Counted from the first letter of the stretch, positions 16,392-25,597 are shown. The stretch: 32,932 nucleotides of DNA from Fidelibacterota bacterium (GCA_011049095.1 DSDE01000470.1:1-32932); one strand, 5' to 3'. The notes: generated from the letters alone by a model not told the origin. Numbers and translations: made by a program.

Positions 16392-17015
16392 ATGACACCC
16401 ATAGCAAAAGATGCACAGAAACGGGAGCGGATCATTGCGGCAGCGATGGAGGTTTTTGCCGCTGAGGGTCTGAGCAAAGGAACCATTGCCTCGGTGGCTT
16501 CCCGGGCCGGCATTGGCAAAGGGACCGTTTATGAGTATTTCCGCAGCAAGGATGAGCTTTTTCAGGCTATGCTGGAATACTTTTTCGCTGGAATGATAGC
16601 GCAGTGGGAAGCGCTTATTCAGAGTCCATTGGCCTATAAAGATAAGCTGAATCTTCTCATAGACAGTACTTTCGACTTTATGGATTTTGACAACCTCCAA
16701 GCCATGAGTACCTGGCGAATGGTTTTTGAGATTATTCTCTATGCACTGCGGCAGCCGGAAGGGGGAGAGAGCGCCATTAACCTGGCAGAAAGTTTCCGGT
16801 CGCTCATCAGCGCCTTTGAGCCGCTGCTGGCTGAAGGAGTGGAGCGGGGACTCATTAAGCCTATGGAGACCCGCGATCTGGCTTTTCTCCTTTTTGCGGC
16901 GCTGGATGGGGTGGGACTCCATTTTTTCCTGCAAAAGGGAAATTATGATGCTGGCAGACTGAAGTCGTTGCTGAGGCAAATATTGGTTACCGGAATCTTT
17001 AAGGAGGCTTTGTAA
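16392..17015 (+). CDS. TetR/AcrR family transcriptional regulator, module B
   Basis: The TetR_N HTH is GLSKGTIASVASRAGIGKGTVYEYFRSKDELF. Strong SD. The stop overlaps the next start (TAATG at 17013-17017). Confidence 0.9.
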   Translation: MTPIAKDAQKRERIIAAAMEVFAAEGLSKGTIASVASRAGIGKGTVYEYFRSKDELFQAMLEYFFAGMIAQWEALIQSPLAYKDKLNLLIDSTFDFMDFDNLQAMSTWRMVFEIILYALRQPEGGESAINLAESFRSLISAFEPLLAEGVERGLIKPMETRDLAFLLFAALDGVGLHFFLQKGNYDAGRLKSLLRQILVTGIFKEAL

Positions 17016-17818
17016 TGAAAACAAACTGTATCAACAGAGAAAAACTTGTGGGCATTCCTTTGGGCAGAATAATATTACTCCTTTTTTTTGTTTGGGCAGC
17101 GATTCCGGGACAGCTTCAAGGCGCTGAACCAGATGCAGCGGCTCTTTTAGACCATGTGATATTCACAATGAATCCGGAAAATGTCAAGGCCATCATGACC
17201 CAGACCATTACGAGCAGCTCCGGCGACGAGCGGACATTTCGCTACGAAAGTGAGAGCGGCGGCGCGGGGGAGTTTTCGCTGATGCGCTATTTGGAGCCAA
17301 GCCGGGTGAAAGGGAATGCCCTGCTGCTGACCGATTTTACAGATAATATCTGGAGCTACAATGCTCGCACAAACCGTGTGCGGCGACTGGCCAGCAATGC
17401 CAAAAAGATGAAATTTGAAGGAAGCGATTTCACCTATGAAGATATGGGCAGCGCTAAAGTCTGGAAAGAAGATTTTACGGTCTCGATGGGTGAAAAAGAC
17501 AGACTTCAGTCTGAACTCTGTCAGCAGCTCATTTTGCAGCCCAAAGCCCGTGCCAATTCCAGCTATTCAAAAATTATTCTATGGCTTCGGGAAACTGATC
17601 ATTTTCCTATCCAACTCGATTATTATGACAAAAATGAGACTTTCCTCAAAAGCCTATATCTTGAAGATATTCGCTTGGTAGAAGGTGTTTTAACGCCATT
17701 TACTATGAGAATGCATCATCATCTGGAAAACAGTGAGACAGTGATGGGCTATGAGTCGGTGACCTATGATGTGAATTTCCCCAAAAATTATTTCAGAGAG
17801 GGGAATCTGAAAAAATGA
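17015..17818 (+). CDS. Secreted LolA-like protein, module B
   Basis: AAGGAGG SD. Signal peptide ...IILLLFFVWAAIPGQLQGA with no Cys. Family hallmark FEGSDFTYEDMG. Confidence 0.8.
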   Translation: MKTNCINREKLVGIPLGRIILLLFFVWAAIPGQLQGAEPDAAALLDHVIFTMNPENVKAIMTQTITSSSGDERTFRYESESGGAGEFSLMRYLEPSRVKGNALLLTDFTDNIWSYNARTNRVRRLASNAKKMKFEGSDFTYEDMGSAKVWKEDFTVSMGEKDRLQSELCQQLILQPKARANSSYSKIILWLRETDHFPIQLDYYDKNETFLKSLYLEDIRLVEGVLTPFTMRMHHHLENSETVMGYESVTYDVNFPKNYFREGNLKK

Positions 17819-19194
17819 AGAAAGTCAAAATGAGACATAAAATACCAACCGGTGAAAAGAGGAGCCTTTTAAGGAAGGAGCAGATTTTGTCTGCTGTAAA
17901 AGTATTCCTCCGTTTTCACTATTTTGCTAAAAATCCCGCCGCAGCCACCCTGCCCATCTTCTTGCTATTCATAAATACTCTGCTTTTCCCAACGCTGCTC
18001 AAAGCTGATTGCTTTGGCTATTTTGAAAGTGAAGGCGACGGTCTGCAGTCAAAATCGAGTGAATATCTCTTTGGTTACCATAAGCTGCGTCTCGATTTTC
18101 AGACTCAGCCTGAAGCAAACCTAAAAATAAGCGCCAACCTGACAGCCAAAAAATATTGGGGCAAGCGCACCATGAATCTAATGGATTTTTTGCCTGATAA
18201 ACTGCTTGAGCCTTTTCTTAACAGTTCATTTATGTATCCTGGCGAGCCTTTATCTTTTACTATGGCTGATACGATTTATCTGGATAACTTTTATCTCGAC
18301 GCCTATGCGGGAAATCTTCATTTAACTTTGGGAAGGCAGCAAATTTCTCCCGGTGTGGGCTATGCCTGGAATCCAACAGACATTTTTAACCGCAAGGACC
18401 CGATGGACCCCACCTATGAGCAGTCCGGCGCAGATGCCATCGCTTTGGAATTGCCTGTTGGAGCGTATCTGACGCTTAGTGCGATACTCCAGCCAAAAGA
18501 GAGCTGGGATACGACAGTTCGATATGGAAAAGGAAAATTCAGTTTTAGCGCTTTTGATTTTAGTTTGGTCTATGGCTATTTTCAGCGTTTATTTACCCAT
18601 CTGGAATGGCCGCTCATTTTTATGGGAATGACGGAATCAGTTCAAAACCGCGAATTGCTGGGTTTTTCATTTTTCACGGACCTTGCCGGACTGGGGTTTT
18701 GGCTTGAAGCAGCCCGCTGCTATAATCGTCTTGCTGGGTATCAATATTTTGATTTTTCCGACGCCAATCGGTTTTATGAAGACCCATATCTGGCAAATGA
18801 CGGCCACTATTGGCAGCTCCTTATTGGCGCTGATTATACCAGCAATTCCTCCTTGCATATCCTGGCCGAGTATTTTTACAATGGATTTGGCAGTAAGAAA
18901 GACCAAGTTAATTTCAATCACTACCTGGACTATCTTGACGGCAAAACACTTACTTTGAACCAGAATTATCTATTTTTGTCGTTGCTTTATCCATGGGGCG
19001 ATTCTGTGACGGCTGGAATTTTTACTTTGGCGAATCTGGATGATCAAAGCTTTTTGCTAAATCCTCAATTGATATTTCAATCTGGAAACAATCTGGAGCT
19101 GAGTTTGATGCTATCCGCCGGATTGGGTAATGCTGAAAGCGAAATGGGGCTGCAAAAATACGGCGGCAGACTAAGGCTAAGAGCATGGTTTTGA
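17815..19194 (+). CDS. Outer-membrane beta-barrel protein (DUF1302-like), module B
   Basis: ATGA overlap with the upstream gene. Hydrophobic signal region LPIFLLFINTLLFPTLLKA. Motif LTLGRQQISPGVGYAWNPTDIFN. The C-terminal ...RLRLRAWF ends in an aromatic residue. The exact start is uncertain because the N-terminal region is long. Confidence 0.65.
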   Translation: MKKVKMRHKIPTGEKRSLLRKEQILSAVKVFLRFHYFAKNPAAATLPIFLLFINTLLFPTLLKADCFGYFESEGDGLQSKSSEYLFGYHKLRLDFQTQPEANLKISANLTAKKYWGKRTMNLMDFLPDKLLEPFLNSSFMYPGEPLSFTMADTIYLDNFYLDAYAGNLHLTLGRQQISPGVGYAWNPTDIFNRKDPMDPTYEQSGADAIALELPVGAYLTLSAILQPKESWDTTVRYGKGKFSFSAFDFSLVYGYFQRLFTHLEWPLIFMGMTESVQNRELLGFSFFTDLAGLGFWLEAARCYNRLAGYQYFDFSDANRFYEDPYLANDGHYWQLLIGADYTSNSSLHILAEYFYNGFGSKKDQVNFNHYLDYLDGKTLTLNQNYLFLSLLYPWGDSVTAGIFTLANLDDQSFLLNPQLIFQSGNNLELSLMLSAGLGNAESEMGLQKYGGRLRLRAWF

Positions 19195-19244
19195 CGGAGT
19201 GATGGGAATCATTAAAATTCTTCAATAAAAAAAAGGAGGCGCTA

Positions 19245-21992
19245 ATGCGTGAAAAATTTTTACGGACTATTGGCAAAATAGCAGCAGAGCATACCTGGAA
19301 ACTAAGTGGACTGATTTTGATGCTGACAATATTTTTTGGTGCAATGGCTGGGCAACTAAAAATGAATATGAATTTGACGGGACTGCTGCCCCAGGATGAT
19401 CCTATGGTTGAGGAATTCAATAAAATTTACCATCATTTTGATGGCGCAAATACGGTATTCATCGTGGTGAAGGGCGATACTAAGAAAATGATTGCCTATG
19501 CCGAGCGTATTTCTCCGATAATTTTGGAGCTGGAATCATGGATCGAATCCAATGGATCCGAGCAGGTGAAAGAGTCGCATTTTAAACTGCAGTCCAGCGC
19601 TGCCGAGAAGGGCAGAAAAGCTTATTATCAGCGGGTTGATTATAAGCAAGCCGTTGATTTTATAAAAAATCATGGCCTGATGCTCATACCTGAGGAAGAA
19701 TTGACGAATATTGAAGAGCTGTTTTATGATTCCAATCTTTTACCTTTTTTAATCAATCTGAATAATAGCTTGGAAAAAGAGTATATTCAATCAAATATCA
19801 AACTCAGTACTATGCAGAAAGAGCGCAATGCCGTGGCTTTTCTTGATGGTATCGAGAGCTTTACTGAAGCTTTGCAGCAAAGCCTTGTTTCGGAGAAAGA
19901 CTTTGAGGACAATGCCATTGCAGCAGCCGATGCTATCACCCTTGGCAGCCCCTATCTGATGTCACCGGACCGTTCGATGCTCCTGGTGATGGCCACACCC
20001 AATTTCAATATCATGAATATGGACTACTATACCCCGGCTATCACCGGGCTTGAGGAACTGGTAAAATCTCTTGCTTCGGATATGGAGCTTGAGGCAGGCT
20101 TAACCGGAAGTATTGTACTGAGTCGGGATGAGATGGCGGCCAGCACAGAAGATTCCATGACTTTGACGCTTCTGGCGCTGCTGGCTGTATTTATTATGTT
20201 TGTCATCACTTTTAGAATGCTATCGGCGCCGCTGCTGGCCATAATCAATCTGATTATCGGTATAGTCTGGGCAATGGGTGTTAGCTGGTTTTTGGTGGAT
20301 AGCCTGAACATGTTTACAGCAATGATGGCGGTGATTCTGGTGGGGCTGGGGATTGATTTTTCCATTCATATCATTTCAGTTTATTCGGAATTACTGTTAA
20401 AGGGTGAATCGCCTCACGATGCCATCATCAATACGCTGGAAAAAGTCGGCACCGGCATAATTACTGGCGCTATTACCACAGCTATGGCTTTTCTCACGCT
20501 GCTTATTGCCCGCTCTGCCGGCATCAAGGAATTTGGTCTAGTCAATGGCGTGGGGCTGATCGTGATTATGATGGCCACACTATTGACGATGCCAACGCTC
20601 CTGATGCTGCGGGAAAAATATCGTCTGTGGCGGGGAAAAGAACAAAATCGCTATCGTGACCTCAGTTTTCAGTCGGTGGGCGCTTTGTCGCTGTGGATTC
20701 ATTCCCACCGAAAATTCAGTTTTCTATTCATTGTTTTGATCACGCTGGGCCTTGGGGCTTTTATTCCCAGCTTGACGATGGATTATAATTATCTCAATAT
20801 GGAGCCGAAAGGACTGGAGTCTATACTTCTCAATGAAGAGATTATTGAGAAATTTAATATGAGCAGCGATATGACTATGATGACAGCTTCATCTCTGGCA
20901 GAAAATGCTGCCCTGACCGAAGCCGCCAAGAAGAAATCCTCCATTTCTTTTGTAGAATCAATTAGCGATTATATTCCCGATGAAAAGAGCCAAGAAAAAC
21001 GGCGGGAGAAAGTTTCTGTTTTGCGTGAAAAGATGGCCTCAGCTCAAACGGGCGCTGAAATGAAGCCAAACGAGCGGATACTTTTTTGGGATGAGCTGAT
21101 TCGCCTGGAAGCCAATATTATCGAGCTGCAAGATATGGCTTTTCTCGGCGGGCAGGATATGGTAGATGAAAAAGCGAGCCGTCTGGTGGGTAATCCGGAC
21201 CGACCCGAGCTGCAAGGCATACTGACTGCCCTTATTGCAAGTCTGGAAGGGGACATTCCCCTTAAAAAAATCAATGCATTTAACAAGGTTTTCAGTGAGC
21301 ACTACCGGAAAAATGTTATCAAAATGGCTAATCCGGAAACGATTAGCCTAGAGATGCTGCCAGAAATCATTCATGATAAATATATCAGTGAAGATGACAA
21401 AAGCTATCTGCTGACCCTCTATCCTAAAGGAAATGTCTGGCATTTTGATTATCTGGAAGCCTTTACCAATGATGTTTTAGATATCAGTCACAGCATCGTG
21501 GGTACGCCGCCTATGTTTTATTTTCTGCTGAAAATCATTGGCGAAGATGGCAAGCGGGCGCTCTTTTTTACAATTTTGGTGGTTTTCCTGACGCTGCTCA
21601 TTGATTTTCGGTCGCTGCGCTTTGCCCTTTTTGCTATGATGCCCCTCTTTTTTGGGTTCATCTGGATGACGGGCTTTATGGCGTTGACTGGCATTCAGCT
21701 AACCCTTTTGAATATCATCGCGCTGCCGCTGATCGTAGGCATTGGCATTGATGATGGAGTCCATATTATCCATCGCTACCGGTTGGAAGGGGAAGCCGCC
21801 ATCGGATCGGTATTTGCTTCTACTGGAAAAGCGGTAATAATCACGTCATTTACTACGATGCTGAGCTTTGGCAGTCTGGTTTTTGCCACCTATCGTGGAT
21901 TTGGCAGCATGGGCCTGGCGCTTTTTATAGGCGTGGGAATGTGTCTGCTGGCCAGCCTGATAGTCTTGCCGGCGCTCTTGAAACGGGTATGA
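19245..21992 (+). CDS. MMPL / RND-superfamily inner-membrane transporter, module B, 915 aa
   Basis: AAGGAGG SD. 12-TM RND-like topology with two large periplasmic loops. The motifs are GLGIDFSIH in the first half and GIGIDDGVH in the second half. Confidence 0.9.
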   Translation: MREKFLRTIGKIAAEHTWKLSGLILMLTIFFGAMAGQLKMNMNLTGLLPQDDPMVEEFNKIYHHFDGANTVFIVVKGDTKKMIAYAERISPIILELESWIESNGSEQVKESHFKLQSSAAEKGRKAYYQRVDYKQAVDFIKNHGLMLIPEEELTNIEELFYDSNLLPFLINLNNSLEKEYIQSNIKLSTMQKERNAVAFLDGIESFTEALQQSLVSEKDFEDNAIAAADAITLGSPYLMSPDRSMLLVMATPNFNIMNMDYYTPAITGLEELVKSLASDMELEAGLTGSIVLSRDEMAASTEDSMTLTLLALLAVFIMFVITFRMLSAPLLAIINLIIGIVWAMGVSWFLVDSLNMFTAMMAVILVGLGIDFSIHIISVYSELLLKGESPHDAIINTLEKVGTGIITGAITTAMAFLTLLIARSAGIKEFGLVNGVGLIVIMMATLLTMPTLLMLREKYRLWRGKEQNRYRDLSFQSVGALSLWIHSHRKFSFLFIVLITLGLGAFIPSLTMDYNYLNMEPKGLESILLNEEIIEKFNMSSDMTMMTASSLAENAALTEAAKKKSSISFVESISDYIPDEKSQEKRREKVSVLREKMASAQTGAEMKPNERILFWDELIRLEANIIELQDMAFLGGQDMVDEKASRLVGNPDRPELQGILTALIASLEGDIPLKKINAFNKVFSEHYRKNVIKMANPETISLEMLPEIIHDKYISEDDKSYLLTLYPKGNVWHFDYLEAFTNDVLDISHSIVGTPPMFYFLLKIIGEDGKRALFFTILVVFLTLLIDFRSLRFALFAMMPLFFGFIWMTGFMALTGIQLTLLNIIALPLIVGIGIDDGVHIIHRYRLEGEAAIGSVFASTGKAVIITSFTTMLSFGSLVFATYRGFGSMGLALFIGVGMCLLASLIVLPALLKRV

Positions 21993-22015
21993 CAGAGAGA
22001 TGATAAGACCCGGCT

Positions 22016-22588
22016 TTATCCGAATGTTTTTTTTGTAATCATTGTCAAAAATTCACTCCTGGTTTCCGGATCGTCGTGAAACTCTCCCAAAACGGCAGAG
22101 GTAGTGGTATAGCTGTTCTTTTTCTCGACGCCCCGCATCTGCATACACATATGCTGTCCTTCTAAAACTACTGCCACACCAATGGGGTTCAGGGCTTGCT
22201 GAATGGCGTCGGCTATCTGCTGGGTGATTCTTTCCTGCACCTGCAGCCGCCTGGCATACATTTCCACAATTCGGGGGATTTTGCTGAGGCCGATGACTTT
22301 TCCATTGGGAATATAGCCAACATGCGCCATGCCAAAAAATGGCAGCATATGGTGCTCACACAAACTGAAGAAATCAATATCCCGAACGACAACCATACCT
22401 TTGGAATTTTCGTTGAAAATAGCATCACCAACCACATCCTCTAAGGTGAGATCATAGCCTCGGGCAAGAAAATCCCAAGCTCGGCTCACGCGTTCAGGTG
22501 TTTTCAGCAGCCCCTCTCGATTGGGGTCTTCGCCAATTTCGGTGAGCAAATCGTAGGTAATTTTTTCCAATTTTTTTTTATTGACCAT
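22016..22588 (-). CDS. folE: GTP cyclohydrolase I (FolE type I)
   Basis: [64 protein letters not shown]. The start is set at the ATG at 22586-22588, which has an AAGGA SD. This gives 190 aa, a typical length. Confidence 0.9.
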   Translation of the reverse strand: MVNKKKLEKITYDLLTEIGEDPNREGLLKTPERVSRAWDFLARGYDLTLEDVVGDAIFNENSKGMVVVRDIDFFSLCEHHMLPFFGMAHVGYIPNGKVIGLSKIPRIVEMYARRLQVQERITQQIADAIQQALNPIGVAVVLEGQHMCMQMRGVEKKNSYTTTSAVLGEFHDDPETRSEFLTMITKKTFG

Positions 22589-23009
22589 GCTCATTCCTTT
22601 CATAGATGGCGCCCAGCTCAAAGCTCTCAAAAACTTCCACCCGAAAAAGCTCAACGTCGGGGCCAAATTTATTTTCCAGATTCTTAAACAGGTAGCGTGC
22701 AATATTCTCGGTGGTGGGAATATTTCCGCGAAAAAAAGCTATCTCTTTTTCCAGATGGCAGTAATCCAGGGGGTCTGTAATCATCTCCTGCAGTACTTTT
22801 TCCACATCAAAGAAATTGATCAGCATACCGGTTTGGGGGTCAAATTTTCCCCGCAGACCGATGATGGCTTCAAAATTATGGCCATGAACCTTGGAGCATT
22901 TTCCGTATTTTGCCCAATTTTCTTCAGGAGAAAGGCTGGCCTCATTGAAGCTGTGTGCCGCTGCAAAACGGACTTTGCTAAAGAGCTCGACCTCATGTCT
23001 ATTGGCCAC
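22578..23009 (-). CDS. COG0720 paralogue with QueD-type Cx3HGH motif (6-carboxytetrahydropterin synthase-like), atypical Asp-His region
   Basis: [18 protein letters not shown] (Cys-x3-HGH), TTENIA. The usual LDH motif reads LDYCHL here. GTG start. Overlaps both neighbouring genes by 11 nt. Confidence 0.75.
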   Translation of the reverse strand: MANRHEVELFSKVRFAAAHSFNEASLSPEENWAKYGKCSKVHGHNFEAIIGLRGKFDPQTGMLINFFDVEKVLQEMITDPLDYCHLEKEIAFFRGNIPTTENIARYLFKNLENKFGPDVELFRVEVFESFELGAIYERNEHGQ

Positions 23010-23406
23010 GATAGACGACCCAATTGTTTTCTGTCTCCCAGAGCTTGATTTCGTAGAGCATATCTTCAGGGAGGAATTTCTGCAGCTCGTCCCAGACTTT
23101 CAGAGCAATGTTTTCTGCGGTGGGTATGACACCCCGAAGAAAGTCCACATCATAGTTCAGGTGTTTATGGTCCAGCTTATCCACTAGCTTTTTATTTACG
23201 GTGGATTTCAGTTCTTTCAAATCTATAATCATACCAGTGGCTTCCGGCACCTCGCCTTTGACCGTGACTTCCAAAGTATAATTGTGGCCATGGCCATTAT
23301 CCCAACTGCATTTCCCGTAGGTTTCCAGATTCTGCTCATTGCTGAAACTGGGATTGCGCAGGACGTGGCTGGCGGCAAAGGTAAAGCGTTTGGTCAAATA
23401 AATCAT
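22999..23406 (-). CDS. 6-pyruvoyltetrahydropterin synthase, eukaryote-like PTPS type (Cx5HGH)
   Basis: Start at the ATG at 23404-23406 with a GAGGA SD. FTFAASHVL, GKCSWDNGHGHNY (Cys-x5-HGH), KLDHKHL, TAENIA and [13 protein letters not shown] closely parallel the mammalian PTPS motifs GKCNNPNGHGHNY / LDHKNL / ETDNNIVVYKGE, quoted from memory. Confidence 0.85.
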   Translation of the reverse strand: MIYLTKRFTFAASHVLRNPSFSNEQNLETYGKCSWDNGHGHNYTLEVTVKGEVPEATGMIIDLKELKSTVNKKLVDKLDHKHLNYDVDFLRGVIPTAENIALKVWDELQKFLPEDMLYEIKLWETENNWVVYRGQ

Positions 23407-23414
23407 AATTTTCC

Positions 23415-23603
23415 TCACTCTATTTCAGGCTGGATTTCCAGTCCCAGCCGTATCATTTTCTCCTGAAGGGCAAAGCGTTCCCGGCAATCTTTACAGACCA
23501 GAAGTCCCGGCGCCACAGGGTCCTCTTTTAAATCTTCAAGCCCGCCACAGTAATTACATTCATTGCCAAACACAAATTCCTCGTTCATATCTTCTTTATT
23601 CAT
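23415..23603 (-). CDS. Small (62 aa) putative zinc-ribbon protein
   Basis: Two CxxC pairs (CNYC ... CKDC). It lies 8 nt upstream of the PTPS gene on the same strand. No strong SD. Coding status rests on ORF position and the Cys pattern only. Confidence 0.4.
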   Translation of the reverse strand: MNKEDMNEEFVFGNECNYCGGLEDLKEDPVAPGLLVCKDCRERFALQEKMIRLGLEIQPEIE

Positions 23604-23647
23604 TGAGCTAATTTAATCCTATTCCACCGTTATGCCAATGGCTTATA

Positions 23648-24385
23648 TCATAGCTCGATATGCCCGAGAAAATAGGGAAGCTGCTGTCGCCACCAGGGCC
23701 AGTCATGATTTACATCATAGCCCCAGAAATCAACCCAGGCCGGTATTTGTTTATTTTCCAGAATGCTTTTCATCTGTTGTGCATCGCGCATCATATCTTC
23801 TTCCCAGGCACCTTGACCGGTGCAGATGATAATTTGCGATTCACGATACTTATCCAGATACCAGGGGTCTTCCAGATTGGGAAGGTAGTGGATTGGCGAA
23901 TTGAGATAGATATTTTCATCAGAATAATCTCCTACAAAGAGCGTCATCTGGAAAAGACCGCTCAGGGCAATGACAGTGTCAAAAATATCAGGATGGCGAA
24001 AGAAGAAATTTCCGGCGTGGCAGCCGCCCATACTGCAGCCCGTGGCAATTAGCTTTTTGCCTGTGCCATTTTTATTAAAAATGAAGGGCGAGACTTCATT
24101 GACGATATAGCGATCGTAATCATTGTGACGCTGCGCCCGGTCTGCCGGATGGGCTATCCAGTTTGCCCAGCTTTGGGCATCTATGCTGTCAACTGTGAAG
24201 ACTTGGACTTTTCCTGATTCGATAAATTCCCGAATGGCGTCTATCATACCAAAATCTTCAAACTCAAAAAAAGTGCCTGCCTGAGCCGGAAAAACCAGTA
24301 GTGGTTTTCCACTGTGACCATAGACTTTTATCGCCATCTCTTGAGTGAGGCTGTGGCTGTACCATTTGTGATATTCTATATTCAT
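23648..24385 (-). CDS. Esterase-family alpha/beta hydrolase (esterase D / putative esterase-like)
   Basis: GxSxG nucleophile elbow in ATGCSMGGCHA. N-terminal pattern YGHSGKPLLVFPAQAG. No signal peptide. Starts 6 nt after the ATP-grasp stop. Confidence 0.72.
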   Translation of the reverse strand: MNIEYHKWYSHSLTQEMAIKVYGHSGKPLLVFPAQAGTFFEFEDFGMIDAIREFIESGKVQVFTVDSIDAQSWANWIAHPADRAQRHNDYDRYIVNEVSPFIFNKNGTGKKLIATGCSMGGCHAGNFFFRHPDIFDTVIALSGLFQMTLFVGDYSDENIYLNSPIHYLPNLEDPWYLDKYRESQIIICTGQGAWEEDMMRDAQQMKSILENKQIPAWVDFWGYDVNHDWPWWRQQLPYFLGHIEL

Positions 24386-24391
24386 ATTTTT

Positions 24392-25552
24392 TTACACCTT
24401 TTCCTGTATGACAGCAGCCATGTGAAGAATCTCTTCCTGGTCGGGAGTCCGGAGCAGGTAGCCGTAATTACCTAAAGCAGGAGCAAATACACCGCTGATG
24501 GATTCGTGGGAGACAATTTTTTCTGCAAACATTTTGAGAATATCAGCATGCTTGTAGCGGTAATTTTTATTATTCTTTCTGCCGACATAGGCCACATGGT
24601 AAGGACGGTTCCATTCTGCGCCAAAGTGATTTTGTGTTACCAACCGGGCCCATTCCCGATAGATATCAAAATCATTGGCGTAATTAAACATATCGGTGGT
24701 GAGTCCACCAGGGGGGCGCATATTGACCTCCAGGCCAACCAGTGAGCCATCTGGCCGGCGGAAAAATTCCAGATGGAAAAAGCGTTCACGTATATCAAAT
24801 GCTTTTAGCAGCGCAGTGCTGGCATTGGTAAGGTCCTCGGGAATATCACGATAAGAGTAGTAATAGATATCGCGGTCGTCGTTGACGGCTTCCATCACGC
24901 CGCCGCTATACTGGTGTGCTGTGTAGAACACAAGATTGCCTTCACGATCGGTGAGGCCGTCAAAGCTGATGATATTGCCTTCAACAAATTGCTCCAGGAA
25001 ATAGTCTGTGCAATTTGATATGCTGACAAAATTTTGCATATCACTGTTATCATTGATTTTGTAGGTTTGATTTGCCCCCACGCCAATATCAGGCTTAGCA
25101 ATGATGGGATAGCCGCTGCGATTGACAAATTCCCACGCCTGCTCAACAGATTGACAGCGTTCTCCTTCGGCCACAGTGATGCCGGCTTCCCGGTATTTTT
25201 CCTTCATCAGCGATTTTCGTTTCATATATTGGATCGCGTTACTTTTTACACCAAAAATATTGAAATCTGTTCGCAGATTGGCCTCTGTTTCCAACCAAAA
25301 TTCGTTAAAGGAATCGAGACGATCAATTTTTCCATAGCGATGGGTAAAAAATCCCAAGGCCCTGACCAGGTCATCATAATTCTGCATATTTTCCACACGA
25401 AAATATTCTGTCAGCGCCCGCTGCAAATCTGGACGCAAATGATAAAATTCCGCATCGCCCAGCCCCAGTACATTGACCCCCATTTCTCTCAAACGTACCG
25501 CAAAGAGAAAATAATTGGGTGGAAAATGAGGTGATAATATTACAATATTCAT
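24392..25552 (-). CDS. ATP-grasp domain ligase of unknown substrate
   Basis: AAGGAGG SD. The layout MNIVILSPHFPP... then GYPIIAKPDIGVGA ... EQFVEG ... LEVNMRPPGG is typical of an ATP-grasp fold (pre-ATP-grasp domain, K-rich nucleotide loop, Mg-binding E/N near LEVN). Confidence 0.78.
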   Translation of the reverse strand: MNIVILSPHFPPNYFLFAVRLREMGVNVLGLGDAEFYHLRPDLQRALTEYFRVENMQNYDDLVRALGFFTHRYGKIDRLDSFNEFWLETEANLRTDFNIFGVKSNAIQYMKRKSLMKEKYREAGITVAEGERCQSVEQAWEFVNRSGYPIIAKPDIGVGANQTYKINDNSDMQNFVSISNCTDYFLEQFVEGNIISFDGLTDREGNLVFYTAHQYSGGVMEAVNDDRDIYYYSYRDIPEDLTNASTALLKAFDIRERFFHLEFFRRPDGSLVGLEVNMRPPGGLTTDMFNYANDFDIYREWARLVTQNHFGAEWNRPYHVAYVGRKNNKNYRYKHADILKMFAEKIVSHESISGVFAPALGNYGYLLRTPDQEEILHMAAVIQEKV

Positions 25553-25597
25553 AACGCCTCCTTTGCTATCTTTGCTTTTTTGTTTTTTTCATCAATA

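Noticed and set aside
16296-17024. 242-aa minus-strand ORF
   Set aside because: It is antisense to tetR-B, which has a clear HTH, SD and promoter. It has no motifs of its own.
22571-22579. T9 homopolymer (A9 in gene sense) at the QueD-like / folE overlap as a slipped-strand switch
   Set aside because: It simply encodes Lys-Lys-Lys at the folE N-terminus. There is no evidence of frameshifted alternative ORFs, and the tract is short.
22581-23048. 155-aa plus-strand ORF
   Set aside because: It is antisense to the QueD-like COG0720 gene.
22016-23406. folE + QueD-like genes as part of a 7-deazaguanine DNA-modification (Dpd) or queuosine cluster
   Set aside because: No queC, queE, tgt/dpdA or other dpd-like genes are in the window. 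One paralogue is clearly a PTPS-type (Cx5HGH) enzyme, which points to pterin metabolism.
25034-25534. 166-aa plus-strand ORF
   Set aside because: It is antisense to the ATP-grasp gene.
25553-25597. Riboswitch (THF / folE-motif type) in the leader of the ATP-grasp-to-folE string
   Set aside because: With the candidate promoter at 25598-25627 the leader is only about 45 nt and A/T-rich, with no evident conserved stem architecture. This has not been tested with covariance models.
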